A DNA stretch of 63,982 nucleotides, filler included, from Octopus bimaculoides (GCF_001194135.2; 6 parts of 6 records of this genome joined end to end with filler, not necessarily neighbours in it); one strand, 5' to 3'. Counted from the first letter of the whole stretch, positions 1-13,919 are shown. The notes: a model not told the origin generated them from the sequence alone. A program made the numbers and translations.

Positions 1-2640
1 TATATATATAAACTAGGAGAGATACACAAAGGTAGAGAGAAAGAGAGATTTCTTACTTACACCAATGTGCCTCTATAAGCTAAGACTAATGTGCTAGCAG
101 TTTGTGGTTACCTGTTATATTATTTTAAAGGTTTAAATAAGTTTATCATCAAAACGTTTTGCGTCAGATTCAAAATTGTCTTATCTTCCACAAACACAGA
201 CGAAGTTACTGTGAGACTTCATTTCCCCCCGCTAAGTTTGCTATTCGACACAAACTTGTCTCAGTATCTTTCTGATTAGAAAATCAGCATTTACTCTTGT
301 TCAAATTCTGCTTTTACGTTGATCGAAATCACTCTAGTAATACATAAATACATGTAACACAGACAAATGTAAAAACCACTCTAATAAATAACAATACATT
401 ATTGAACGTATCAATAAAACCTATCTTATTTAATATCCTTTAGTAATCACTGTCAATAGTGATTTCAATGTTAACTCTCGATCTGTTTACTTATCTCGCT
501 GCTGATGATAAAGAATAGTCTTTTATCACCGTGAATTTTGTGTACCAGTTATTATCACGAGTTACACGTATTTATCTGATCGGAACTTAAATACGCCATA
601 GGATTCATGATTTTGGATTTTATTTATCAACACTTTCTCCCGCGCAATAATTACAAGTTTGTTAACACATTTAAATTATTCCGTTGCATGCAGTTGTGTC
701 AGAAAAAAATTAGTCAACTATGGCTAGCGGTTGAACCTGTAAAAGTCAAGTGTAAGGCTCAATAAACTTCTGCTACCGCTAAATGTACTGCTGCTACTAT
801 ACACATAGACACGCTAACCCGTTTCCGAAAGAAGTCCATTTCATTGACAGGTATCCAGTCACCAGCACATCTTTAAAGCACAGATATTCTATATCGGCCC
901 ATATTATCATATTACCGTCGTCTCCGATCAACTGAATTAACTAGAAGTTTACTTCCTCCCTACGCACGATCCCTCCTTTCATCGTCTATGCTGTATCTGA
1001 CAAATTCCCTAATAAGCAAAACTTTTACACCAGAACGTCGCTTCCCAGAAGAACTTCCATCATACATACATATCCTGCATACGTAACTAACAAGAAAGTT
1101 CACGATAACAATGAGTTTTTCACCGATCTATCAGGATTAAGAATGTCATTAAAACAACCTCGCGTAATAAAAAAAAACAAGCAAAAACGCAATAAAACAT
1201 TGAAATTTCTCAAGACAGTCATTAACAATGTTAGAGTAAATTATTATAGCGTTGAGCTTGATGATATTGAAATTACGTTGCTAGTGATGTGATCTTTATA
1301 TATAACATATATATGATAACAACTGTGGCTGTCTTCGTGATGATTGTGAAGATTATGTTGTTGCCTGTGTTGTTGTTAATTTCTTATATATTTTTAGTAT
1401 TGAAAACTTCATTATCGAATTGATAGATTTCTATTTAAAAGGTGTATGCTTTGCATTAAATGATATTTAGACGCTACCTTGTAGCACAAGTGACTACAGT
1501 AGTTCGGCGGATTTGTTTTAGGGACAGTTGTTGGCTTTGGAGTCTTTCGTTTGATATTGAGGCTAGAGTCAGTGGTGATAGTTATGAATGAATTTTATAG
1601 ACATATGAATTCAGAACAAATACTCATTGCTAACAGTCTCCGTTGTGCCGAAGGGTAACACACACTTGCAATATTCATCAATTTTATTCTGCATCAGAAT
1701 CTTTTTGAACATGAAATTCTGTTTATGACGAATGAAAATGACAACTGCAAGAATACTAGAAGTGCAACTACAACGACGACCCACGTCATTTACAATTACG
1801 TTTATTAGACGAATGCCGAGAGTGATTGTAATCGTGACGTCAATGGCGACAGCAATAATGATGCATATAAATAAAACCGTTAACAATATAGCCTAACTAC
1901 TTTCACTTTAACTCACACCACATAGTGTGCTTCCACTGATCAATGAATGAATTGATGGCATAGGTGTTTCCATGAATATATAAAGTTTGACTGGACAATT
2001 TTAATTTAAGCATACTTGATAAATATGATCTTTATAAGTGGTAACATAAGTTTAGAAGCAAAAAGGAATGATAAAGTAATACTGAAAGAACGATTCTAAG
2101 AGGTTAAATCTGTAGCTGAAGCGGTTAAGGTGACTTCGAAAAAGCGTTTCAGTAAGGAGATTAGCCCTGTCAAACGGGAAATGTGCCTAAAGCTGACAGG
2201 GGGATAACAACCGTTAATTCCAGCTTGATATGTCATTAATTCAAAGACTGTCCTAGTCAAGATGCTTTACTGACAGATACTGACAAGCTAAGCCTATGCT
2301 TAGCTTTTCTGTAAATTTAGGTTCTGTGTTCCACTTTCAACAACCACTCCGACCAATGAAAGCACAAATGCTTAAGCACACATGCATACACACACTTACA
2401 TAAGAATATTAATACACACACAAATGAAAACAAAAATATTAGTTCAGCCTTACTGATATTGTATATAGAAAGTGATTCACCGAGAATTTCAATATTCTAC
2501 ATAGCTTTCAATAGTGCTAATACAACTTTTAATATAATTTCCTTTTTAATATTTTTTGCATTACACCTATTATTAAAGCGAATACACTTTAAGAGTATAT
2601 AGGTATAATTTATAAAATTATACACAGGTAAACGTCATTA

Positions 2641-2899
2641 ATCACCACCATCACCACCATCATCATCATTTCTTCTTCTTCTTCTTCTTCTTCTTCTTCT
2701 TCTTCTTCTTCTTCTTCTTCTTCTTCTCCTCCTTCTTCTTCTTCTTCTTCTTCTTCTTTTTCTTCTTCTTCTTCTTCTACTTCTTCTTCATCCACCTCAC
2801 CATCACCACCACCATCATCATTTCTTCTTCTTCTTCTTCTTCTTCTTCTTCTTCTTCTTCCTCCACCTCACCATCATCAACGTCATCATAATCATCATT

Positions 2900-2940
<41 letters not shown>

Positions 2941-2946
2941 TATCAT

Positions 2947-2978
<32 letters not shown>

Positions 2979-2990
2979 CCATCATCATTT
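2641..2990. repeat. Compound microsatellite (CAC/CAT)n-(CTT)n, duplicated
   Basis: Alternating catcac, (ctt)n and (cat)n blocks; source of the poly-E and poly-D ORFs. Confidence 0.95.
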
Positions 2991-3840
2991 AGAAACACCA
3001 TGATTCGTAAATGGGATTGAACCTATTGTTTCTGCTGTTATGCGTCACCACATTCTTTATATCTCAAGCTCATTTCTACTTCATTGTCTGCAATGTGTTT
3101 GTCTAAAAATATCGCAAGGGCGTTTATGCTACAAATGTTTTTAAGTCATGTATTATATCTCGTCTATGTTGTTCAGGTGTCCTGTCTATCTGGATGTTTC
3201 TAAGAGAAATTTATGTTTCCCAAGTTCATTTAGAGAGTTTCTAGTAGTGCATTGTACCATATCCTCAAAATGCTGTAATCTATAATTTTGTCATAATTGA
3301 CCAGAGTTAATTAAGACAGATATTATGACTATGCTGGTATTCCTTTTAAATGACCATTTTGCATCCTACTACAATTGCGATCAGTAATTCCTTCTCGATC
3401 ATTAAATATAAAATATCTTTGCTCAATGAACACTCATTTTCTATCTTTGCATAAACACTCCGATGACACTCGCACGAATCTACTTCTCATTGTCCATTTT
3501 GTTGGTGTCTCTTTGGAATATTTCACAGAGCTGCATTTCTTCTAATGCGTCATTTCACAGATTATCCTGTATAGTTTTCTGTTATTTCCCAGTGGTAATG
3601 CAGCATGTCTAAAACGTTTTTCACTCTTTGCAAGACAATGGCTTAATAAAGTCTGTTTTCCATTCTGTCATTCTGAAATATAAATTCCTCTTCATCATAT
3701 CTCCTGTTTCGTCCTGAAATGAAGTGCTATTTACGACTTTCCTGGGGTTTTCTTTCCAGTTTACCAGTTCCTTTTCATGTTTCGTCGAACCCATTATACC
3801 AACACTGATAATACTAATAAAAATAAAAATAATAATAACA

Positions 3841-3844
3841 GTAA

Positions 3845-3895
<51 letters not shown>
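3841..3895. repeat. (TAG)n microsatellite
   Basis: Direct reading. Confidence 0.95.
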
Positions 3896-3914
3896 GTCTA
3901 TAAGTATTTCCAAC

Positions 3915-4200
3915 GTAGCAATCAGAAAACTGAATGGATAGCAAAGGTTAGAAAAATACGAATTGCCAGAAAGGGTGACGGCGTTAAAAAAACCAAACTC
4001 AAAAGATATTATATTAGATGCAAAACATTTAAACAAAACAGAGGGCTTCAATGAAAGAGAATGCGTCTTTTTGAAGGAGTACAGAAGGAATAACATCAGG
4101 GATTGATACTTGATGCGGAAGAAAGTAAAACAGTTTAGGGAGAAATTTGGAACAGGTCATTGAGAAATAAAAAATATGCAGAGTGGTTAGCAAAGGTGAA
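3915..4200 (+). mobile_element. Degraded R4/Dong-type LINE fragment (region N-terminal to RT)
   Basis: Broken translation KLKRYYIRCKTFKQN...DAEESK...GEIWN...AEWLAKVK matches the conserved PDAEES..FW..IW...HN..AEWL block, which is also present in the minus-strand element at about 6400-6500. Confidence 0.6.
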
Positions 4201-4639
4201 AAGAAAACTTATAACTGTACCATCTGTTTTGGCCTTGTAAACGTCTTACATTTCAGCATATACCAAAGACCAACACGGAGGCAACTAGTGTCACCTTGAC
4301 ATCCGCATCTTATCCAAGCACCCAAAAGACCCGTCATTCAGACAAATACGGGAGTGCGTCCTTATAAATGAAGCTTCCCCAATACTAAATAGCAAATATA
4401 CATAGTAGATATCATAACTCCATACCCACACTTTACACAAGTAGAGTATAATAGTTAGTGGGCTGTTATGTAGATAGATGTATGTATGTGTGTGTGGGTG
4501 TATGTATATATGTGTATATGCACATGTATGCAAGCATATAGATATGAAAATAAACAGATCAATATACAGACGGGCAGGTACATAGGTTATATGAAGAGAC
4601 AAGCACACATACGCAAATGTCACTACCTTTTTTCATCAT

Positions 4640-6850
4640 TCCCAGGATACCTACAACAACAGGGATGGTTTTGATTTTCAATTGCCACGCCCTAGACATC
4701 TATTTGTAAGCACAGTCATGTTTATTGTCTTGGTCACTGTTGACGATGATTTGCCTCTTGTTTTTTTATTTGTTTCGGCTTTCAAAGCACCACTTTCAAA
4801 CCACTGTTGAGTTTTTCTCCCTACATCAGCTTCCCTAGCTCGTTCCGGGTATTGACCATACAATGGCTTTTCTTGCATCAGTCTCGATATTTCCTTCAAG
4901 CTTTCCTGTTTGGCTTTTGTTTTACATATGTTTGCTTCCTTAGTGGGTGGTGTGACCCCTTATCATCATCATAATCAGGTAGGTTAGGCTATCTCCGGTA
5001 TCTGTGTTCCTCATTTGAGATTGAGTGCAATTTCTTACTCTGTTCCTGTTGCTTTACCACCTGTATCACCCAGTTGGTATTACTTTGGAAGTACACTTGG
5101 AGTCCTGTCGTGGTCGTTATATAGAATGCTTTAAGTTGGATTAGTCTTCTGCCGCATTGTTTTCGTGGGAGATAGAGCCTGTGGTCGTTTTATTTTCGGT
5201 GGTACGTTCTGTTTAGTGTCAAAAAGTTATGTCCATACGCTGAAAATCATCCAGACACCAATTGATGACATAAAGGCTACACTGGACAGCTGGTACCGCC
5301 AGGGAGTTTAGAGCTGCAATTTTATTCTGGGAGTTCTGCTCAATTTTCTGAGCCATACTGAGACGTTTATAATACTCTTTCCTGATCTTCTCTTTCATCG
5401 ATCCGTGATGAATACCTTCCCCTTCATGTATCCCAAGACAGGTATAAAAGCCTGATTGGTCCAGGTCCTTGATAGCTGTATCACGATCAACTCGGGCCGT
5501 GGTATTAGCTGTCACTTTTCCACGTTTGAATGAAGCTTTTGCACGCTTGTCAAGGCCACATTCCTTTTTGATGTCATAACTGAATATTTTCACAGTTACT
5601 AGTAACCCTTTCAGATCCTTGTCAACTTTTGCATATAATTTTTGGGTCATTCATGTAGAGCAAGTGTGAGATGGTCTTGTCAAATACTTTGTAACCGTAA
5701 TTTGTTCTGTTCAACTCAAAGATAAGCTAATAAAGGACGTACAGAAGAGGAGAGTGAATCTCCCCGGATTATTCTACTATCTATGTTGATGTTCCCTGAC
5801 AGATACGAACAATGTTGTGTTCCACAGTCACTTAACTATGTTGTAGAGAACCTTTTACAAAAGGAGAGGCCTTGGATATATTTAGACCCTTTAAGATCCA
5901 GCTATGTTGGACACTGTCAAATACCTTACAATAGTCAATCCATGCTGCGCTAAAATTTGATATTTTCGATGAGCAACTTTTGAGTATTATACGGCCTATT
6001 AATAGCTGATGTTTGCAGCCGTATGAGTTTCTTTTGCACCCTTTTTGTTCAAGAGGAATGATGGTGTTTTCATCGCGAAATCGATACATCCTATCAGTGA
6101 GGATGGATACAAGTATTTTGGACATGGTGCTCAAACAAATGATCGGCCTGCAATTGCTTTGTCGTGGTCGTTTTAGGGAGTAGGTGTGTTAACCAGCTTG
6201 GAGTCTTTTTGGGGTTTCTGATGTTATTAGAGAAACATTTCATTAACTGACGGTGTGATGATGAGAGGTTATTAATCCGGAAGTTTGGGATTTTATCACG
6301 TCCGGAAGACTTCCACTTATGAGATTTAAATAGGACATATGTTAGTTTCTGTATTGCAATATCTGTCCATACCTGTTCTTTAATCTCAGCCATTCTTTCT
6401 TCTCATCCTGGGCATTCAGCTTCCTAGTTGAATCCCTTTCTATCGCTCCATATACCTTTCCAAAATGTCATTACTTCTTTTGCATCAGGGGAAACTTTTA
6501 CTTTCATCGACTGTTTCTCAAACTTCTTTAACATTTCTTAGCATGAATTTTAAATATCTTATTTTGTCTGTTTCTCATTTCATACTTGCGTAAGCATTGG
6601 GACTTGATGTGTATTTTTTGCTTAACCATCTCATTTGCTCTCAGGACTTCATTCATATTTATCAGAATGTATTTTCTTCTTATCTTTGTATCTATTTTAG
6701 TCTCAACATTATCTCTTGCAGATTTCGTCGAAGATCTATAATTCCCGTCGGAAGCTCTCGATTTCCAGATTTATGCGCTCTTTCAACCTTGGGAGTTTGT
6801 GCGCATTTTTGTTAGCCGTTTTCTTTTTCTTGATTCCTATTTTCTTTTTG
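4640..6850 (-). mobile_element. R4/Dong-clade (R2 superfamily) non-LTR retrotransposon, decayed RT region
   Basis: Frameshifted pieces in the expected order: WKSSGRDKIPNF (6094-6393); EQKGCKRNSYGCKHQLLI and AWIDYCKVFDSVQHSWI (5832-6134); VKIFSYDIKKECGLDK and MKEKIRKEYYKR...KIAALNSLAVP (5219-5650); EKPLYGQYP...LKAET (4678-4899). Confidence 0.88.
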
Positions 6851-6859
6851 GAAGCCATA

Positions 6860-8290
6860 CCTGTTGAGTATATAAGATGGTTTCAAGGAGAAGCGGCTGC
6901 CGAGCATAGTATTATATTTTGATCGTACAGTGAATTGTGAGGCGGTCTGGGAAATTTTGTCAAAAGCTGGACATCCTGATGTAATGATAAATGTAATAGT
7001 ATCCCTGCGTAAAAGAATGATGGCAACAGTCAATGTTCAGAGACGTGTTCTAGAACCAAACTGGGATGCAGTTTATCCCCTGTACTTCTGTCCATATTCT
7101 TTTCGTTTATGCTCCGACACGCTTTCAAGTATTACCATAAAGGTTTGATGTTCCAGTTTCGCACAGATGGAAGTCTATTAAATCTGAAAGGTCAAAGTGT
7201 TAGATCAAAGAAAGAGACCAAGAAAGAGTTCCAGCGTGACTTTCTGTTTGCTGATGATTGTACTTTGATTTCTCACGCATTTGATAGAATTCAGGAAACG
7301 CTCGACAGGTTTACTAAGGCAGCTCGTGCATTTGGACTGACTAACAACATAAAAAAAGACTGAAGTTTTATTCCAACCAAGGCCTGGGGAAGGACATACT
7401 TAAGACTCAAAAATTATGATACAAAAGCCACTCAAATAGGTCAAGTCATTTAAATATCTTGGATGTACAGTAAATTTAAGTGTAAGCGTACTCCTGATGA
7501 CGAAATCAATGTTAGAATATTTAAGGCTACATGTGCTTTTGGAAAACTTTCTCATCGTGTGTGGCATGAACACGATGCCAGTGTGAAAATTAAAATAAGT
7601 GTATACAAATCTTGTATTTTGAGCACACTTTTGTATTGTGCAGATTCATAGACTTCCTACTACAGACATATAAAGACACGTTTTTTAAGTGGTGATTGCG
7701 CAATATCTGCAGCAGAAAATGGCACTACACGATATCCAGTGTCAAAATCGAAGAAAATTTTCGTATCTTCATTATCGAAGGTATGCTGATGATAATTCAG
7801 TGCAAATGGGTAGGGCATCTTGTTGGAATAAAAATGACCGCATCCCCCAAATTATTCTTTAGGGCCATCAAGTAGAGGGATATTGCAGTAAAGGAAAACC
7901 TTCATTTAGGTATAAGGATAAGTTGAAGCAATCACTAAAATCTGTACAGCTTAATTTGACATCTTGAGAAAGTTGTTGTCTAGATCTGCATGGCGTACAA
8001 TGTGTCATGATACATCCAAACAATTTGAGTAGAAGAAAAAGAAGAATAGAAGAGCTATATCGTGCAAACGACAGATACATTTGCCCAATCCGAGGCAAAA
8101 TCGAAGTCACCAATGTCCCCATTGCAACTTCATAGCAAAATCCATACCACACATAAATTACATTCGTCTACCCATCGCGAATACATGCAGATTCTTTGTT
8201 TCTTGTGTTTTTTTCCTATTACTCTCATTGATTTTAAGTCCTCTCCTTCAAAGATTCACTCGTCGAAACCGACGGGAGCGGCGACTAACA
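6860..8290 (+). mobile_element. RTE (BovB-like) LINE, 5'-truncated and decayed
   Basis: FD.TVNCEAVWEIL; FRTDGSLLNL; FLFADDCTLI...LDRFTKAARAFGLT...KK; KATCAFGKL..RVW...KISVYK..ILSTLLY. A degenerate C-terminal YICP motif and the 3' tail ctcgtcgaaaccgacgggag follow. Confidence 0.88.
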
Positions 8291-8559
8291 TTTCACTTTT
8301 CTCTCCAGTAACGAGTGACCCAACTACACAACCAATATGAGCTCCTTCCAGCTTTTGTTCAAGGTTTTATTTTAATTTTGTATTGTACGGAAGTTGTAAG
8401 CACTCTTTGAATTGCTTATGTAATTCAAAGTTGTGATATTTTCTATATGCCGATTATGAGTAAGTCTTTTCTTTGTATTATATATTTTTAAGCATCTTTT
8501 CCTACACTTCCAATATTTTTTGATTACTGTGACAAGTTTGCTATCAAGCTCCCCTAAAT

Positions 8560-9620
8560 CTGTAAAGCTCAATCTACAGATCTTTTTGCATGGATATTAT
8601 CTGAGAATTTTCGACGTATATAGTGAAATTCTTAAAGTGACATTTATAGGGTTTTCAAAATGTTTGCCTCGTGATGTTTTTGACATTATTATTTAGGATA
8701 TTCTTGTTTGATTTACGGTGACAGGATTGAACATGAACAAGAATATGACCGGATATTTTGTCGACTAAGTTTATTTGTTCGATTTTCTCTTAGAATTTCA
8801 TAATACTAAGTAATCTTTACTATAGGAACATCCCATCTTTTTCCCATTGTTTTATTTCTACCTCTGTAAGACTCGGCAGGCAGTAAATGCGATTGAAAAT
8901 GTGACTGATGTAACGCTTGTCTCCAAACAAATACTATCACAGAACTTTTATTCATGCCTGTATTATGCAGATATACAATTATATCTTGATTTATTAAATA
9001 TTTTATCCCGTTTCAACAAAGGAGGTTTTTAGTCAGATGTTACATTCAGGTAGAATTTGCCATTTCTGAACCACAGCTAAAGTGTTTAATGCTTTAACAT
9101 TTTTCAGTTTTACTGCCAATCCCTTCAATTGTGTCAGCTTCGAATATGTCAGCTTCCTTGAAGATTAAAAATCATTAGTATGTACCGATTCGACTTATTT
9201 CTCTTCATTCTTTAAAATGTACTACTCTTGATATATAAAAAAATTCATGTTGCAAATTACCCAATATTTAAAGTAACTTTCGCTTATATTTTCCATTCCA
9301 TTCGAATTAGTGTCTCATTATGGTGTCTTTCGACCGATATACTTATGGACAAAAACAGAATTGTTTCATGGAAAATGCATGTACTAGGAACTTGAAAATA
9401 ACTTGCTCAGTCAAAATATATCGTATGTCATTCAAGGCGATTCAAACGAATTGTTTGTTCTTATGTTGAACGGTTTGTCCACCGAGCCATACTGTCTGTC
9501 AATACTTCTCGAGCACATTTTGATATTAAAAGTAACAAAGAAGAATATTTACAAAGAAAACTTTCAAATATTAACGCTCAATCAAAGATACAGTCGCTAT
9601 GATATCGGTATTTTGCTCCA
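8560..9620 (-). mobile_element. Possible very old hAT transposase relic
   Basis: Weak motifs DSMARWT (about 9490) and FLFMFNPVTV (about 8720), with spacing compatible with hAT TRW...PVTVASAERSFS; many stops. Confidence 0.25.
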
Positions 9621-10097
9621 CTTTTTCTAAATATGTTTCTAAAATTTTGTAAAAATTTATCATTAACGTCTTATTTTTTCTACGTTTTATATTTTTATCT
9701 TATCTTGAGATATTTTATTTTAAAATACGAGCGGAGTAACTAGAAATAAATAAAGAAACGAATCATTATTTTCTTACAGATAGTTTTACATTTCTTCTTT
9801 TTATTACATTTACTTTTTTTCTTAAATATTTTCTTTTACTCAATTCTAGATTTTAAGGATTTGAAGATCGATAGTGAAACGATCACTATATTTATTTACT
9901 CTTGGTGTCATTTAATTTTTTCTTCGAATGATAAAACATGAAAGATTAAAAATAGAAATACAAATGAATTAAAATTATTGAGATAATATAATAAAATCAT
10001 AGATTACACGATATAAGAAGAGTATATATACATATACATGCATGTATATATACATACACATGCATGTATATATACATACGTAGGTATATACATATAC

Positions 10098-10143
<46 letters not shown>

Positions 10144-11223
10144 NNNNNNNNNNNNNNNNNNNNNNNNNNNNNNNNNNNNNNNNNNNNNNNNNNNNNNNNN
10201 NNNNNNNNNNNNNNNNNNNNNNNNNNNNNNNNNNNNNNNNNNNNNNNNNNNNNNNNNNNNNNNNNNNNNNNNNNNNNNNNNNNNNNNNNNNNNNNNNNNN
10301 NNNNNNNNNNNNNNNNNNNNNNNNNNNNNNNNNNNNNNNNNNNNNNNNNNNNNNNNNNNNNNNNNNATATATCATGCATGCATATATGTGTGTGCATGTG
10401 TGTGCGTGTGTGCTTAGGTGTGTGTTGGTATATATATATATATATATATATACGTATACATATATATTTATATATATATGCATATTACATATTATAAGGT
10501 ATATACATACCTTGTAAATTTAATACGCGTATATATAATACATAGATAAAATCGAATAATGAACGAAGAAAATCAAGAACAACAAATCAAATGTAATAAA
10601 TGATGGAAAACAAGTTGAAATATTCAATAAAATGGAATAAAATATATAAATATTAAATAAAATATAATTCTTGAAAAAAAAACTGTTCAATGACATCGTT
10701 GATGCTGCTACTGCCAATATTTTTTTCTTTCACTTCGATTTGATATAATTTTATTATTTCTAGATAATAGTAACATCAAAAACAGCAGCAGCCATATTGT
10801 ACTAATAACAATAGCAAGAGTAGCAGTATTAAGAAAAACATGGGGATATTAATAATAATATTAGCCATAGAAACATCTACAACAGTAATATAATAATAAC
10901 AATAAATAACAACAACAACAATAACAATCGGAATAAACTTAACAATTTGCAAGTAAAAAAGGAAGCGTTATCGATATTTCATCGTTCCTTATAACATTTG
11001 CTGAATTCAAATTTCTAAAGAAATAACAACATCAACAATTTCAATCATCAATAACAAACAACAATGACAAATAACAAATACCAACACCACAATATTTTTC
11101 ATTGGAGATTTTCCTCATTAATTTTCGGATATTCCTTTCAAGTTTGAAATATTTGACGCAGTCTTAAAATCAAATTGCATAAAGTTAGATAAATTACTCT
11201 TCTGATCATTATATTTATTGGTA

Positions 11224-11309
<86 letters not shown>

Positions 11310-11325
11310 TTATTATTATTATCAT
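11224..11325. repeat. (TTA)n microsatellite
   Basis: Direct reading. Confidence 0.95.
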
Positions 11326-11800
11326 TATTCATTGTTGTGTTTTCTGTTGTTGTTGTTGTTTATATTATTTGCTTTGCAACTGACGGATATGCTAAAAGAT
11401 TCTAGGAAGATTTCTGAGATATTGACAGGTTTTCACTAATTTTTTTTGACGGGGGTGGGGTTTATTTTATTGAGATCAGCGAATTATCGACACGTCTAGC
11501 TGAAAACCTGTGGTAGACAGATGTGTTTTGAATACCATCTGAAATTGTTTTTAAAATTTGCGTACGGAGTCATTTTCATCATGGCTTCATTTACTTGAGA
11601 CGTGATAATAGCCAGAAACAAAAGTGCGTGACTGTGAATAAGTTCTTTTAATAGAATATTGTCTATTTAAGTTTGAACATGCAAAAATGATTTCACAAAT
11701 GATTATCTATTTATACAAAATGGCTTTACTCCCAAAATTGCATACTGTATTGTAGAAGCGTTATAAATTTCTTGAAACTAATGACACCTTTATACTCAGT

Positions 11801-11985
11801 AATATTAGCTTCAAATTTTGGCACAAGGCTCGTAAGTCCGGAAATGAGGGTAAGTTGATTACATCGACACCAATGATCAGTTGATATTTATTTTATCGAC
11901 CCTGAAAGGGTGAAAGGCAAAGACGAACAAAATGCCTCTGACAATTTTTCTCCGTGTGCTAATGATTTTGCCAACTTATCGTCTT
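11801..11985 (-). mobile_element. SINE family A (tRNA-type head ggcggcgagctggcagaatcg...), diverged
   Basis: Reverse-complement match to the copy at 19188 (tttggcacaagg, ttacatcgac, tttatcgaccctgaaagg). Confidence 0.75.
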
Positions 11986-12014
11986 TTGATACTCAGTAAT
12001 GTTACAGCGAAGCA

Positions 12015-12226
12015 TAAGACTGAATCGATAGCACGCGGGGTTAAATGCTTAGCGGAATTTATGCCGTCTTTACAATCTGAGATTAAAGTCCGCTGAGGTC
12101 AACTTTCAAATTCATCCCTCCGGGATCGAAAAAATAATTATCAGTAGTAGGGCACTGAGGTCGATGTGATCGATTTAACCCTTCCCTTGAAATTGCTGGC
12201 CTTGTGCCAAAATCTTAAATCAATAT
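12015..12226 (+). mobile_element. SINE family A, diverged
   Basis: aaatgcttagcgg...ggtcgatgtgatcgat...gaaattgctggccttgtgccaaa. Confidence 0.8.
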
Positions 12227-13391
12227 TAAAGTGAAAAATTCCAACGAGAAATTTTCCAATGCCAGCAGTAATATTTTACTTAATTCACAAAAGCATTTCT
12301 GCAATATATAATGTCAATAACAGCACTTACTGTGTAACTATTTTTTATTAGCATCTGACTTCAAAGAAAAAAAAAAGAAACAAAAAATCAGGTGTATCAT
12401 GTAACAAAATATGTTGAATGAAACCTTAGCAGAAGAATGCGAGGGAGGATGAATGGAACATAGTTCTGCATTTCCAAAATTTTATAAGTTCTACTTTTGT
12501 TTCCCAAACCTCAAATGACGGCAGTTGGCTCGAATTTACGTATTCTTCTTCGTCGAGTCACGGTTATCATAAAGAATAGTTTCAAACAGAGGATCGAGTA
12601 AGGAGTCAAGCCGAGCAACACGGGTAAATAGCTGCCCATCACTTACACTACTGAAAACCATAAAGCGATTGCGAAATTTTGAATCGTGGTATATAGCGCG
12701 AGAGAGAATTTAAGGACTACGGTGAAGACGAAAACCCTGTTTTGCAAGTGAATTAGAATTCATTCTTTCGGAAGGGCTGCAGAAGTTTGAAGAAAATGCG
12801 CCAGGGAGTTGCTGTTCAATAAAATGTTGACACTTTTGGGATTCTGACTAAATTTAATCAATCAAATGAATTTCATAAGAGAGTATGACAGTATTAACAG
12901 CAGCCACAGTGTGCTTTCAGTCCCAATCTTCACAGTGGACCTTCTACACTGAGGGTCACCTATCAGAAATACTCAGTATCATGCTCTCAGTCACTCAAGT
13001 TTGTCGTTTCTCTTGCATGTTATTAAGTTACTATATACGTAAATAGGAACCTAGAGCGGCATCCCATACGAATTTGAATGTGGAGGAACAATTCTGGCAT
13101 ATAAACACAACGTCGTCATCAAAATATGGAACTAGAAGAACATACATGCTGTACAACAGACACTAGACAGAGAGACAAATTATATATCTCACGTCTCTAT
13201 TGGTTCAAACCTCGGGTAGAGAAAGACTGAAATGAACTGACAAGTCAGATGGTCAGATTTACTAAGATATATATAGAGATGAATCTATCTCTGAAACGTC
13301 AGGACAGACACATATATCGCTTCCGTCGTTAGTTTTCAGTTACCCATCATGATTGACCTGACCTCGAAATGCAAGTGAAGCTATTGTGGCC

Positions 13392-13393
<2 letters not shown>

Positions 13394-13455
<62 letters not shown>

Positions 13456-13739
13456 GTTCAGTAGTTTTATTTTTATAACGTGCTTTCACTTCACTACCGA
13501 GCGCAGCTCTGTGCGCCTTAGGTATGTGCTGTGGTTTGCTGTGGTGCCCTTATGGTTACTGTATTGAAAGTGTTTTGCGTAGGATGTGTGCAGTGCCCAG
13601 TAGTGCAATTTTCTGTATGTTATATATATTTGTAAGTCCTGGTGTTTTTGTTATGTATTTGTCTGAATATTTTTTTATTATACCTAAGGCACATACTATG
13701 ATAGGAATTGTTTCTATTTTTAGATTCCACATTCGAGTT
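13394..13739 (-). mobile_element. 3' end of a young R4/Dong-type LINE abutting (TAA)n
   Basis: The minus strand reads ...TIPIIVCALGIIKKYSDKYITKTPGLTNIYNIQKIALLGTAHILRKTLSIQ*, the end of the restriction-like endonuclease region. A short 3' UTR and (TAA)n at 13394-13456 follow. Confidence 0.85.
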
Positions 13740-13919
13740 NNNNNNNNNNNNNNNNNNNNNNNNNNNNNNNNNNNNNNNNNNNNTTAATTAATTAANNNNN
13801 NNNNNNNNNNNNNNNNNNNNNNNNNNNNNNNNNNNNNNNGGGGAGGAATTTCTGGCAACTGTCTTATTCTACTTGATATGAGTTTTACGCACGCACGCAC
13901 ACACACACCACACACACAC

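Noticed and set aside
2610-3001. Poly-Glu and poly-Asp ORFs
   Set aside because: Translations of (CTT)n and (CAT)n repeats with no complex sequence or splice context.
3000-3830. Possible RTE-like relic on the minus strand
   Set aside because: Only vague similarity with no diagnostic motif recoverable by eye.
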